A DNA stretch of 47,373 nt from Octopus bimaculoides (GCF_001194135.2 NC_068981.1:148916969-148964341), one strand, 5' to 3'. Counted from the stretch's first letter, positions 1 to 12,626 are shown. Translations and numbers: made by a program. Notes: generated by a model from the sequence alone, not told the origin.

Positions 1-19
1 GCAATCATACAAACTCGGA

Positions 20-20
<1 letters not shown>

Positions 21-88
<68 letters not shown>

Positions 89-208
89 GTCTATCTATCT
101 GTCTGTCTATCTGTCTGTCTGTCAGTCAGTCAGTCTGTCTCTGTCTGTCTGTTTGTCTTTCTGTCTGACTGTGTGTCTGTCTGTCTCTCTTTCTCTCTCT
201 CTCCCTCT

Positions 209-300
<92 letters not shown>
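21..300. repeat. Compound microsatellite (ATCT)n-(GTCT)n then (CT)n-(TA)n-(GA)n
   Basis: Directly visible; explains ORFs 122..365 as low-complexity artefacts. Confidence 0.95.
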
Positions 301-1222
301 GGTTGATAGATAAACACACAAATAGACAAGGGAAGGAACAGAGAATGAATGAAGGTATGAAATAAATTGTAAGAGGAAGCAGTAAAAGAAATACGTATTG
401 CCCCAGTGTATAGGGAAATGGTTTGTTTGAGAAACTGAGAAATATATATTGGCTTATGAAATCACAAAGACATACATAATGTGTAAGCGAATGAGAGAAT
501 ATCAGAAAGGGAAAAAGTAACTGTCTGTATATGTGTGTGTCTGAGTGTGTGTGTGTGTATGCATGGAAAGAGATACAGTGAATATGTGTATTTGCGTTTG
601 TATGTGGATGTCAGCGTCTGAGAGTGAGGGATAGATTTGCCAATGAAGGAAGGGTAGATTTTGGCAGCATCTGAGTCTGCGCTTGAGTAACAAGTGAGAG
701 AGTTAGAAAGTAACAAGTTTATCGCAATAAATCAACGACATGATCACGTGATATACACACGCAAACGAATACACACACAAACATACACACACACACACAT
801 ACATACGTTTGCATAACTCACATACCCTTAATGTCCCAAACATATACATATCACATACAAACGCACGGAAATACATAGAAAATTAGATACATCACACATT
901 CACGCAACCAAACATATACATCCAATAGAACCACACACAGCACAAACCCACAACACATACAACCACACAACATATATACATGCTTATGCACACGCAGAAT
1001 TTTTCCGGTACAAATATCTCAATCAATTTATGTCGACAGTGGCCCAAAATGTGTAGTTTGCCAGGCTATCAGACGCCATCACTGCTGCAGTTACAACAAC
1101 CCTCAAAGCTCTAGCATATGTACTTATATATTTATACACGAAACTGAAAAATGAATTATATAAAGAAAGAAAAAAAAAACTGGATGAGTCCACATAATTG
1201 AGGAGGGACAGTATGAGAAAGT

Positions 1223-1273
<51 letters not shown>

Positions 1274-2217
1274 TGAGCAAATAAGGAAGAGCGAGAAAGA
1301 CTACAGAGAGAAAAGTTAACGAGAAAATCAGTGAGAAGCGGGGAGTGATAGAATGAACGGAGAAAGAAGCTGACAGAAGAAGCTATTTTCGAGATGTACC
1401 TTGGTTTCTTAATTACTAAAATCAAAAATGAATCCTAAAAGCAGGATAATTTCACAAAATAGGGGAGAGAAAGATAAGGAAAGATTGAGGGAAGAATGAG
1501 AGAAAGAGGGAGAGAAAAGTGAAAAACGAGGGTAAAATGAGAGAAAGAGAGAGAGAAAAGAGGGAAAGAGGTAACCATAGTCTTCAGTGAAGTACCTTAG
1601 TTTCTTTAAAATTAGGGTTTACTTTAGTACAAAACTAGAAATTTATATGAAGAAAGCGAAATGGGATATCAAGGGGTTAATTGGTTTTAAACAGGCCTTT
1701 AAACTAGTCGTTGAGTCCGTCGGTTGGGTAAGAGATAATCAGTACTGGAATGGATTCGCCATAAGAAATATATATTGGTTTCGTTTTGACAAAGTATGTA
1801 GCTATTATACTCATATACACACAAAACTCGCAATGACATACTCACACAAACATTGATACATATATACAGACAGATAAATATACACATCGAGATGGAGAGA
1901 GAGAAAGTGGAAGAGGGGGAGGACGACAATAGTGGTGGAAACGAAAAGTTGTGATGCTGATGAATTGTATCAGTGAAATGAAGCTAGGTTTCAGAGTACC
2001 CATATTCATTAATACGCATTTTCTTTTGAGCTAAAAAGGATAATTAGTCTGACTGTATCGATTTCATTATTAGTACTGGTGCGATGTTAAAGCCGTCGTT
2101 GAAACAAAAAATACCTCAGCTGAAAATATTGAAAAAACGAATTTCATTATATCGCAAATCATTCAATGACTCCAACGTTCATAGCTTTGTCTTTGGTTTC
2201 TTATCTCGCAAACTCTC

Positions 2218-2249
<32 letters not shown>

Positions 2250-2289
2250 GCACACAGACACACACATACAAATGCACCACACGCCCACG

Positions 2290-2334
<45 letters not shown>

Positions 2335-3122
2335 AAATATCCACATTCATAAATATAAACTCAAAGGTCAAGGGAAATTGAGATGCACGTTTCGGAAAAA
2401 ATAGTTTATAAAAAAAAACTACATTGAACATAAATGAAGTGAAGTAGATACAATTCAAACAAAACAAGCTTTGCAGTTTCTTTTTTGTTTTTTACTAACA
2501 TGGGGCGCAATATATTTCTACGATGCTCTTTCAATATAGAAATTATTTATGTTGATCAAGAGTACTTCAATTATTCAATAAAGTAAAGAAAAACAATTTT
2601 TAACTAAAGAACATCTATGCTTTGAATGAAATATAACTTTTATAACAGAACTGAAAATCTAATAATGCAAAGCTTTGTCAGAGTTGTAATAGAATCGATT
2701 ACATTAGCTTCGAGAGATCAGAGATGATGAACGGAGTCGAGTTCAATGAAGTGAATTTTTCTATTCTAAAGATCGTAACCCGTTCAGTTTAGTATTCAAC
2801 CAGATCAACTAAAATAATCACCATTCTGTTATTAAAGAAATGAAAAAGATTGGATGCTGACTAATTTTTATATAGTTAAAAAATAAGCCTTGATTTTGTT
2901 ACATTCTTGTATTGCAGTTGGTTGAGTGAAGCTACCAAAAAAAAAACAAAAATAACAAACAAACAAACAAACAAAAAAGACAACAAAAAAATTAGAACTG
3001 TATAATTGTAACAGTCCAATCCCGCTGGTTGTAAATAGGTGCTATAGAGAGGTGTAGTTAACTGCTGTTGGTAGTGTATCCTCTGAGTAATTAATAGCTG
3101 TGCAGTTCTGGTTTAAAATTCC

Positions 3123-3210
<88 letters not shown>

Positions 3211-3261
3211 GCAAGAGAAACTCGTAAATTCATTCTAATGTAACCAAGTCTTTCTCAAGTT

Positions 3262-3586
3262 ACAGCTCGTGAAATTAACGTACAAGTGGCTGAGCACTCC
3301 ACAGACACGTGTACCCTTAACATAGTTCTCGGGGATATTCAGCATGACACAGAGTGTGACAAGGCTGACCCTTTGAATTACAGGCACAACATAAACGGGA
3401 AGTAAGAGTGAGAGAAAGTTGTGGTGGAAGAGTACAGCAGGGTTCACCACCATCCCCTGCCGGAGCCTCGTGGAACTTTATGTGTTTTCGCTCAATAAAC
3501 ACTCACAACGCCCGTTCTGGGAATCGAAACCGCGATCCTATGACCGCGAATCCGCTGCTCTAACCACTGAGCCATGGCGCCTCCAC
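3262..3586 (-). mobile_element. tRNA-derived SINE (family C, near full length)
   Basis: Minus strand starts GTGGAGGCGCCATGGCTCAGTGGTTAGAGCAGCGG...GGTTTCGATTCCC (Pol III A- and B-box-like); body shared with 21806-21928; resembles octopus tRNA-derived SINEs (recollection). Confidence 0.85.
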
Positions 3587-4181
3587 GATATATGATATAT
3601 ACACAGTTAATAAATAAATAATTTTAAAATTGCTTCCAACCATTGAAGACAGTTGTTCGTGTTTGATGGAGGGAGAATAGTTAAGTTCCAAAATGCTTAG
3701 TCAACCTCCGGTTCAGAATGCCTTCACATTCTCTAGTTTCCAGACGAAACTACAGACTTAGACCTTTTAACCCAACTCAGACTTGTCAGTCTTACCAAGA
3801 TTCCACAGAATTTTACCGCTGCTGGCAGTAAATTCTCTCTCAAAATTTTACCTTCCACATTCAAATGATATGAAGCGAATGTGTTGAAACTAATTGGAGG
3901 AAAATATAAAAACGAAAAGAGAGAAGAAAAAAAAAAAAAGAAAATTATTGAAGAATTCCATGCCGTAGTTGCACCACTATCATCAGCACCATCGAACTAA
4001 CAAGAAAGCCACTACTTGGTCACTCAACCTGCTAGAAATAACTGTCAGAACATTTTAGATAAGGATTCTGTAGTCATAGACACACCTAAAAATACTAACT
4101 TTAGTAGAACCAAAACTGGATCAGAGTTCATCAGGAGGCTAAATTATAACAATAACAACACAAACAACAACCATCACCATT

Positions 4182-4219
<38 letters not shown>

Positions 4220-4659
4220 GAACTTCATCATCATCGACTACATCTATATACTCCTCTCTCCAGTGCTCTTCATAATTCATGCGAACACCGGGCAGTTTCC
4301 CGCCGAGTGTTCCAACGGTTAAAAGCCTAATGCTAATCTATATGTGCTGTGACTTGATCAGAAAGAAATGTAGCCTCCACCACACTATCCAGGCATTGCT
4401 TTGCTCAAAGGATGGCTCTGCCTCCGGTTAACATAATTCCGTTTTCCTCCTCTTCCTCTCCATCCTTCCTCCCCTCCTCATAATTATCCTCATTGTCGTC
4501 GTCATTTAGTTCCTTACACTCAGCATCAAGCATTTTGGAAGTAATAAAGACACAGCCTTGATTACGTCGAGCAGCAAATTAACACTACAGTGCCGAAATT
4601 GTAACATTTGCATGACATACAAGGCGTGTGTAGTAGTAGTAGTTAAAGTAGTAGCTATC

Positions 4660-4850
4660 GTTGCTTAGCTTCACATAGGTTCTAATCGAGTAGACCAGAG
4701 CTATAATCACAGGCGGTTCTAATAGTGACCATCCCGACTTTTTCTTTTTTATAGACATAGCATATATCGAACCACGTTATCTATCCTCCTATCAAGATAT
4801 AAGGTGTGATTTGAAAAAAATTCTCTGTTAAATCTGTTAGGCGAAACCAT
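4660..4850 (+). mobile_element. Old interspersed repeat (family D), degenerate
   Basis: Shares motifs (GACCATCCC, GGTGTGATTTG, GCTATTTCT-like) with 35830-36015, 37262-37435(-), 40430-40515, 45345-45420(-), 46600-46700. Confidence 0.45.
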
Positions 4851-4852
4851 AC

Positions 4853-4930
<78 letters not shown>
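4851..4930. repeat. (TAG)n microsatellite
   Basis: Directly visible. Confidence 0.95.
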
Positions 4931-4931
<1 letters not shown>

Positions 4932-5440
4932 AATGTTTTCTTTGCTTGCTAGATTGACTTCAACTGTTGTTTAATGAACAGTAAAACACTGGAGAAAGTT
5001 ACTAGACAGATATCATATTACTTCCGACTGCATAAAGGGTGATTTTATTTTGTAAACAACCGTTGAATTAGTTATTATATAAGGCGAATTATGAATGAAT
5101 AGGGCTGAGGATTGTATATTGTACGCATGTGTAAAATTCAGGATCGTTAAACGTATATGTATATACATACAGATATACCACAAATGGAAGTGCTGTAAAA
5201 TATATACAAATACATATTTTACATAGTTCTTAGAGCAAATATTATCAAACATAAGCCTCAAATGTTATATTTTATGTAGTACATGTTGCAAACATTACAA
5301 CGTTCAACTCTAGAACTTATTACGTTGTCTAGAGTTGCTAGATATATTTATCAAATCAAAAAATGATAATCTCCTCTGTCATTTCGTCCTTGGTTGACAC
5401 CAGCTGATCTGTCAAGTCAATCATGTTATATATATACAAA

Positions 5441-5713
5441 TTCTTTTATTCTTCTACATGTTTCAGTCACTTGACTGCGGCCATGCTGGAGAACCACCTT
5501 AAAAAGTTTTTTAGTTGAAGAAATCGACCCAAGGACTTATTCTTTGTAAACCTAATACTTATTCTATCGGTATCTCTTAGCCTAACTGCTAAGTTACGGG
5601 GACGTAAACACACCAACATCATTTGTCAAGCGATGCTGGGGAAGCAAACAGACACAAAGATATACACATAAATGCACACACACACACACACGCGCACACG
5701 CACACACTCGCAC

Positions 5714-5748
<35 letters not shown>

Positions 5749-5912
5749 TACAACAGGCTTCTTTCAGTTTCCGTCTACCAAATCCACTCACAAGGCTTTG
5801 GTCGACCCGAGGCTATAGTAGAAGACACTCTTTCAAGGTGCCACGCAGTGGGATTGCACTCGGAACTATGTGGATGGTAAGCAGGCTTCTAACAAAAACA
5901 GCCATACCTATA
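5441..5912 (-). mobile_element. tRNA-derived SINE (family A) with internal (CA)n/(TA)n
   Basis: Same organisation as 30021-30407, 32671-33080 and 45506-45850: tail TTTCAGTCA..TGACTGCGGCCATGCTGGAG, body GCTAAGTTACGGGGACGTAAACACACC, microsatellite, CTTCTTTCAGTTTCCGTCTACCAAATCCACTCACAAGGCTTTG, tRNA-like head. Confidence 0.9.
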
Positions 5913-6212
5913 TATACGTCATTAGAATTTAGAAACTTCGAGAGACTTATAATAAGTTAGCGCACACATGCTCCCCACCATCCCACTATATTTGAAACAA
6001 TACTTATAAATTGAAAGGCGTTGAATCTATATAAAGGCATACTAATTTCAGAATCACCACATTATAGGATGTGTGTCTATGTACGAATCTGTATTATGTA
6101 ATTCTCTGTCTGAAGAATTTCTTAAATGAAATCCCTTACATGTCTATCTATGTAGAACTCTGTAATTCCTATTAGCTAATGAAACATGTGTAATGGAGAA
6201 TAAATAATACAT

Positions 6213-6493
6213 ACTCTTTTACTCTTTTACTTGTTTCAGTCATTTGACTGCGGCCATGCTGGAGCACCACATTTAATCGAGGAAATCGACCCCAGGACTT
6301 ATTCTTTGTAAGCCTAGTACTTATTCTATCGGTCTCTTTTTGCCGAACCGCTAAGTTACGGGGACGTAAACACACCGGCATCGGTTGTCAAGCGATGGTG
6401 GGGAGACAAACACAGACACACAAACACACATACATATATATATATATATACATATATACGACGGGTTTCTTTCAGTTTCTGTCTACCAAATCC
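6213..6493 (-). mobile_element. SINE family A, 3' two-thirds, runs into gap
   Basis: High similarity to 5441-5780. Confidence 0.9.
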
Positions 6494-7281
6494 NNNNNNN
6501 NNNNNNNNNNNNNNNNNNNNNNNNNNNNNNNNNNNNNNNNNNNNNNNNNNNNNNNNNNNNNNNNNNNNNNNNNNNNNNNNNNNNNNNNNNNNNNNNNNNN
6601 NNNNNNNNNNNNNNNNNNNNNNNNNNNNNNNNNNNNNNNNNNNNNNNNNNNNNNNNNNNNNNNNNNNNNNNNNNNNNNNNNNNNNNNNNNNNNNNNNNNN
6701 NNNNNNNNNNNNNNNNNNNNNNNNNNNNNNNNNNNNNNNNNNNNNNNNNNNNNNNNNNNNNNNNNNNNNNNNNNNNNNNNNNNNNNNNNNNNNNNNNNNN
6801 NNNNNNNNNNNNNNNNNNNNNNNNNNNNNNNNNNNNNNNNNNNNNNNNNNNNNNNNNNNNNNNNNNNNNNNNNNNNNNNNNNNNNNNNNNNNNNNNNNNN
6901 NNNNNNNNNNNNNNNNNNNNNNNNNNNNNNNNNNNNNNNNNNNNNNNNNNNNNNNNNNNNNNNNNNNNNNNNNNNNNNNNNNNNNNNNNNNNNNNNNNNN
7001 NNNNNNNNNNNNNNNNNNNNNNNNNNNNNNNNNNNNNNNNNNNNNNNNNNNNNNNNNNNNNNNNNNNNNNNNNNNNNNNNNNNNNNNNNNNNNNNNNNNN
7101 NNNNNNNNNNNNNNNNNNNNNNNNNNNNNNNNNNNNNNNNNNNNNNNNNNNNNNNNNNNNNNNNNNNNNNNNNNNNNNNNNNNNNNNNNNNNNNNNNNNN
7201 NNNNNNNNNNNNNNNNNNNNNNNNNNNNNNNNNNNNNNNNNNNNNNNNNNNNNNNNNNNNNNNNNNNNNNNNNNNNNNNNN
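6494..7281. other. Assembly gap. Other gaps: 10117-10443, 10862-11264, 11884-12294, 21141-21742, 22395-23116, 24282-24463, 27694-28558, 30791-30908, 32101-32338, 38529-39056, 44526-44603
   Basis: N runs, mostly bordered by (TA)n, typical of short-read scaffolding. Confidence 1.
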
Positions 7282-7623
7282 ATATAATATAACATAATAT
7301 AATATGTGTATAATCTACAATGTAAAGCTATCTTCAGCCGCAAAAATTATCTCTCTCCCAGGAAATTATACCATCTCGACGTTGAAGTAAGAAGAAATGT
7401 GTGATGTAAGAGGTGAAGATACTATATCTGGTATAATTCTCCACCCGGACATAATCTCTCCGGTCCTTCGAAAACCCTCCATACCTTGCGACCTCTTACA
7501 TCACACATTTCTTCTTACTTCAACGTCGAGATGGTATAATTTCCTGGGAGAGAGATAATTTTTGCGGCTGAAGATAGCTTTACATTGTAGATTATACACA
7601 TATTATATTATGTTATATTATAT
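7282..7623. repeat. Perfect inverted repeat: 133-bp arms (7282-7414 / 7491-7623) with 76-bp spacer; probable inverted Penelope-like pseudo-LTR
   Basis: I found no mismatch between the arms by eye. The left arm abuts the gap, so arms may be longer. PLE assignment is inferred from the hammerhead motif in the arm. Confidence 0.85.
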
Positions 7624-7661
7624 TATACACATGTAGAGCTTGAAACACGTGTACCGCGGAA
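7560..7661 (+). ncRNA. Type I hammerhead ribozyme-like motif
   Basis: Stem I TTTTGCGG(7560-67)/CCGCGGAA(7654-61); core CTGAAGA 7568-74; 10-bp stem II AGCTTTACAT/ATGTAGAGCT; GAAAC 7642-46; palindromic loop ACGT; GTA triplet 7651-53; non-canonical U.U at 10.1/11.1. Confidence 0.7.
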
Positions 7662-7791
7662 TCCTTTGTAGTTTTGTTGTTTTTTTTTTCCTTTGGATTT
7701 TTTTTCCTTTGGATTTACAATTTATATATATATATAAATATATATATATATAATGAATCTCTGAGCGGGGTATAAACAGTAGCTGCATGAC

Positions 7792-8177
7792 ATCGTGAAG
7801 TATATTTGCCACTTAAATGTAGCTGACTCTTAAGGGTGGATGCTACTGTAGCTTGTAGCGCCAGGAAGACACCTACTACAGCTGGCTATTCACACACTTT
7901 CTGTGCCCTATTAGTATTTGCAAAGAGAAGCTATCCTTCTCATCTCCAACCTGACGTGATACACACGGACTCGGACGGGTCAATACCTAGAAACTCGGGT
8001 CCGTGTGTATCACGTCAGGTTGGAGATGGGAAGGAAGGGTTCCCTTTGCAAATACTGATAGGACACAGAAAGTGTGTCAATAGCCAGCTGGAGGAGGTGT
8101 CTTCCTGGAGCTACAAGCTACAGTAACATCCACCCTTAATGGTTAGCCACATTTAAGTGGCAAATATACTTCATGAT
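7792..8177. mobile_element. Foldback MITE-like element: ~182-bp imperfect inverted arms (7792-7973 / 7996-8177), ~22-nt loop
   Basis: Arms align along their whole length at roughly 90% identity by eye; no coding capacity. Confidence 0.8.
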
Positions 8178-8289
8178 ATATATATATACATATACATACA
8201 CTCATATATATATATATATATATATGCATGTCTGTCTGTCTGTCTGTATATATATGTATGCATGTACGTACGTATAAGCTGTAGCGGTT

Positions 8290-8470
8290 TTCATCTCGAT
8301 CGTGTACAAGTTGCATTTGAGTATAAGTTGCACCCCTAATTTAATGTTAAATATTAGTACAAAACTTTGTTCCTTTCATAGTTTTAGCTTTGTCCCGTGT
8401 ATAAGTCGCATCTCAGTTTTTCAGTTAAAATCAAATATAAATTAGTGCGACTTACACTCAAATGAATACT
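8290..8470. mobile_element. TcMar (pogo/Tc2-like) non-autonomous remnant
   Basis: Inverted pair CATTTGAGTATAAGTTGCA (8314-8332) / TGCGACTTACACTCAAATG (8446-8464) plus internal GTATAAGTCGCA repeat; superfamily is inference. Confidence 0.45.
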
Positions 8471-8924
8471 CAGAAATATAGAGCACCGAAAGACAATGAA
8501 AATATTCGGCGGTCGACACTCAGTTAACAGTCCAGATGTATGATTAAATATGCATTGTGTGTTGCACTGAAGACATGTAAATTAAATATTCAGCCGAAGT
8601 CATAATGATCTAGCGTCTTATTCTGTTAATTAGTTTGTTTCTAATTAACACCTAACATTTCGTACTTGGTGTACTGTCCTCGGTTACTTTCTCGGTTGAG
8701 ATTAAGAGATTAGTTTTAATGTTATTCTATCTAATTAAATGCAGAAATGTTGGTAATATGAACATCTCATAATATGGTCTTATGTGAGTCATCTCTCTCA
8801 CTCTCTCTCGCTCTTTTTCTTACATGTAAATAACATGCTTTTAAATCTGTCTGTCTATCTTCTCGCTTTCTCTCCCTCTCTCTTTCTCTCTCTATATATG
8901 TATATGAACGCGCGCGCGCGCACA

Positions 8925-9031
<107 letters not shown>

Positions 9032-9067
9032 AATTATATATATATAAACGAGAAACATTCAAACGGA

Positions 9068-9104
<37 letters not shown>

Positions 9105-9161
9105 GTATATATATACATATATACATATATATACATATATATATGTGTGTTTGTGCGTATG

Positions 9162-9192
<31 letters not shown>

Positions 9193-9561
9193 GTTCAGAT
9201 GCATAAATGAATAGATATATGCATGAACATGTATATAAGTACTGAAATACTGTACATCTATTTGTGCTATAATTTGAAGGTCTGTGTATCTAAGTGTACC
9301 ATAAGTGTGCCAGATTACATCTGAGCATCCCTGTTTGTATATATGTCTGTCTCCCTGCAACACTCTCTCTCTCACCCCACACACACTTTATACACGGACG
9401 CACATATACACACGGACGCACGCACGCACACACACACACACACGCTCTCACACACGAACGTATATATTTACATGAACACACAAATACATACATATATAGT
9501 CATACGTATCTCTTCCCGCCTCTCTCAGTCATTCTTACAATTGATCTATCTATCTATATAC

Positions 9562-9593
<32 letters not shown>

Positions 9594-9645
9594 ATCTATA
9601 AGAAAATAAGATGAGAAAGGAGCAAATAATTATCTTATAAATGCC

Positions 9646-9784
9646 GTTTCTACTGTAAGATGCAGTGGACTAATACTCGAGTGGCTGTGTAATACATTAT
9701 AGCTTCATCGGAGCCTCAAATATGAAGCTATAAAGTGCTACCCAGTCACTCAATTGTGAGTGCACTGCATCTGATAGCAGAAAC
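9646..9784. repeat. Short foldback: 63-bp imperfect arms (9646-9708 / 9722-9784), 13-nt loop
   Basis: GTTTC...TTATAGCTTCAT / ATGAAGCTATAA...GAAAC align without indels. Confidence 0.75.
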
Positions 9785-9923
9785 AGCTGCAAGCTAGTGA
9801 AGCTCATAGCATGTCATTTCATTTTCTTATTACCGCTATGTACTTGTCTAACGCCAAGCATGTGTATATTGAGTTCTACACCAGATCATTAGTATCGCAG
9901 TACCTAAGCGATCTATATATAAA

Positions 9924-10116
9924 GGGCGCAGACGTGGCTGTGTGGTAAGAAGCTTGCTTCCCAACTACATGGTTCTGGATTCAGTCCCACTGCGCGGCGC
10001 CTTGGGCAAGTGTCTTCTACTATAACTATAGCCTCGAGCCAACCAAATCTTTGAGAGTGGCTTTGGTAGATGGATGCTGAAAGAAGCACGTCGTATATAT
10101 ATATATATATATATAT
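9924..10116 (+). mobile_element. SINE family A, 5' half, runs into gap
   Basis: GGCGCAGACGTGGCTGTGTGGTAAG...TTCAGTCCCACTGCG..CCTTGGGCAAGTGTCTTCTACTATA; reverse complement of the head of 5441-5912. Confidence 0.85.
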
Positions 10117-10443
10117 NNNNNNNNNNNNNNNNNNNNNNNNNNNNNNNNNNNNNNNNNNNNNNNNNNNNNNNNNNNNNNNNNNNNNNNNNNNNNNNNNNNN
10201 NNNNNNNNNNNNNNNNNNNNNNNNNNNNNNNNNNNNNNNNNNNNNNNNNNNNNNNNNNNNNNNNNNNNNNNNNNNNNNNNNNNNNNNNNNNNNNNNNNNN
10301 NNNNNNNNNNNNNNNNNNNNNNNNNNNNNNNNNNNNNNNNNNNNNNNNNNNNNNNNNNNNNNNNNNNNNNNNNNNNNNNNNNNNNNNNNNNNNNNNNNNN
10401 NNNNNNNNNNNNNNNNNNNNNNNNNNNNNNNNNNNNNNNNNNN

Positions 10444-10503
<60 letters not shown>

Positions 10504-10649
10504 TGTTTGTGGTCTATCTGTTATATACGAACTTTGGGTTTTGTACTCAATTTTGTAACTTTTCTGCCGATTATAAATATATATACTCATATAATGTGTT
10601 TTATTTCTCGTTTGTCCCACCAAACTTTATGTATATCTATGTCCGACTT

Positions 10650-10693
<44 letters not shown>

Positions 10694-10714
10694 TCTCTCT
10701 CTCTCTATCTATCA

Positions 10715-10763
<49 letters not shown>

Positions 10764-11485
10764 AGCATACACACAGACACAGACACACAGAGACACAGAC
10801 AGAGGCACACACATACATGTATATAACATACATGTATATATATATATTTATATATATATATNNNNNNNNNNNNNNNNNNNNNNNNNNNNNNNNNNNNNNN
10901 NNNNNNNNNNNNNNNNNNNNNNNNNNNNNNNNNNNNNNNNNNNNNNNNNNNNNNNNNNNNNNNNNNNNNNNNNNNNNNNNNNNNNNNNNNNNNNNNNNNN
11001 NNNNNNNNNNNNNNNNNNNNNNNNNNNNNNNNNNNNNNNNNNNNNNNNNNNNNNNNNNNNNNNNNNNNNNNNNNNNNNNNNNNNNNNNNNNNNNNNNNNN
11101 NNNNNNNNNNNNNNNNNNNNNNNNNNNNNNNNNNNNNNNNNNNNNNNNNNNNNNNNNNNNNNNNNNNNNNNNNNNNNNNNNNNNNNNNNNNNNNNNNNNN
11201 NNNNNNNNNNNNNNNNNNNNNNNNNNNNNNNNNNNNNNNNNNNNNNNNNNNNNNNNNNNNNNNNTATAAATACAGTTCAATATATGTGTACGTATTGCTG
11301 CTTTCTTACGAAGTGTGTGTATGTGTATTTTTTGGTACATAAAATTAAAGCAGAAATGTGACTGTCGGTTTCGCCAATGATTACGCAATAAATGGGAATT
11401 ATGAAACCGTCGGCGGAAATGACAACCACATTAATATTGGGTTCAACGTTTGGCAGAAGGTCACCTATTTTTGGTGAGAGAGCAA

Positions 11486-11644
11486 GTTGATAGCATCGAT
11501 TCCCAGTGCTTAACTGATACTTATTATATCTACCCCAAAAGGATGAAAGACAAGTGGAATTTGAGGTTAGAACGTAAAGACAGTTGAAATGCCTCAATGC
11601 ATTTTGCCCGGCGTGCTAACGATTCTGCCAGCTCGCCGCCTTAT
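11486..11644 (-). mobile_element. tRNA-derived SINE (family B)
   Basis: Minus strand AAGGCGGCGAGCTGGCAGAATCGTTAGCACGCCGGGC head, then CTTTCATCCTTTTGGGGTAGAT domain as in 33487-33706. Confidence 0.8.
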
Positions 11645-12294
11645 ATGACAGTCATGTTAATATTTTGGAAGTTGTACTGTTATAATACATGAGTACATAA
11701 ATTCATCGCAACACAGAAAAACTGACAGACACATAAATACGTAGACATACAAACTAACTCAATCGCATTCCTCCACCAGATTTTTATGCGAAATTTCAAG
11801 AACCCAATATTACACGGATTACTTCAGAGACTAAAATTTACGGTTAGTCCAAACTAGGGTCCATATGTGCATTTTTTTTTTTTNNNNNNNNNNNNNNNNN
11901 NNNNNNNNNNNNNNNNNNNNNNNNNNNNNNNNNNNNNNNNNNNNNNNNNNNNNNNNNNNNNNNNNNNNNNNNNNNNNNNNNNNNNNNNNNNNNNNNNNNN
12001 NNNNNNNNNNNNNNNNNNNNNNNNNNNNNNNNNNNNNNNNNNNNNNNNNNNNNNNNNNNNNNNNNNNNNNNNNNNNNNNNNNNNNNNNNNNNNNNNNNNN
12101 NNNNNNNNNNNNNNNNNNNNNNNNNNNNNNNNNNNNNNNNNNNNNNNNNNNNNNNNNNNNNNNNNNNNNNNNNNNNNNNNNNNNNNNNNNNNNNNNNNNN
12201 NNNNNNNNNNNNNNNNNNNNNNNNNNNNNNNNNNNNNNNNNNNNNNNNNNNNNNNNNNNNNNNNNNNNNNNNNNNNNNNNNNNNNNNNNNNNNN

Positions 12295-12626
12295 TTATTT
12301 TATCGTACCCGAAATGATGAAAAACAAAATCGACCTCAGTAGAATTTGAACAGTGGACGAAATGCTGGTAAATATTTTGTCCAGCATGCAAACGTTTCTT
12401 ATTTCTTTATTGCCCACAAGGGGCTAAACATAAAGGGGAGAAACAAAGACAGACAAAGGGATTAAGTCGATTACATCGACCCCACTGCATAACTGGTACT
12501 TAATTTATCGACCCCGAAAGGTAAAGTCGACCTCGGCGGAATTTGAACTCAGAACGTTACGGCAGACAAAATACCGCTAAGCATTTCGCCCGGCGTGCTA
12601 ACGTTTCTGCCAGCTCACCGCCTTAA
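12295..12626 (-). mobile_element. SINE family B, head-to-tail 1.5-mer
   Basis: Full unit ~12395-12626 followed on the minus strand by a second degenerate head and domain 12295-12395. Confidence 0.85.

Noticed and set aside
185-300. (CT)n-(TA)n-(GA)n self-complementary tract; similarly (CA)n...(GT)n at 42864-43008
   Set aside because: Hairpin potential arises only from simple repeats that are ubiquitous in this window.
1948-1995. CTGATGA-ATTG-TAT-CAGT-GAAA hammerhead-like core
   Set aside because: No stem III/NUH or stem I can be closed; likely chance.
3511-3586. tRNA-like sequence (also heads at 9924, 12540-12626, 21990-22069, 33487)
   Set aside because: A/B boxes are present but there is no complete cloverleaf or acceptor stem, and each continues into a SINE body. 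These are SINE heads, not tRNA genes.
4016-4330. 104-aa His/Asn-rich ORF
   Set aside because: Composition comes from (CAT)n/(AAC)n repeats, and it starts at a non-ATG codon.
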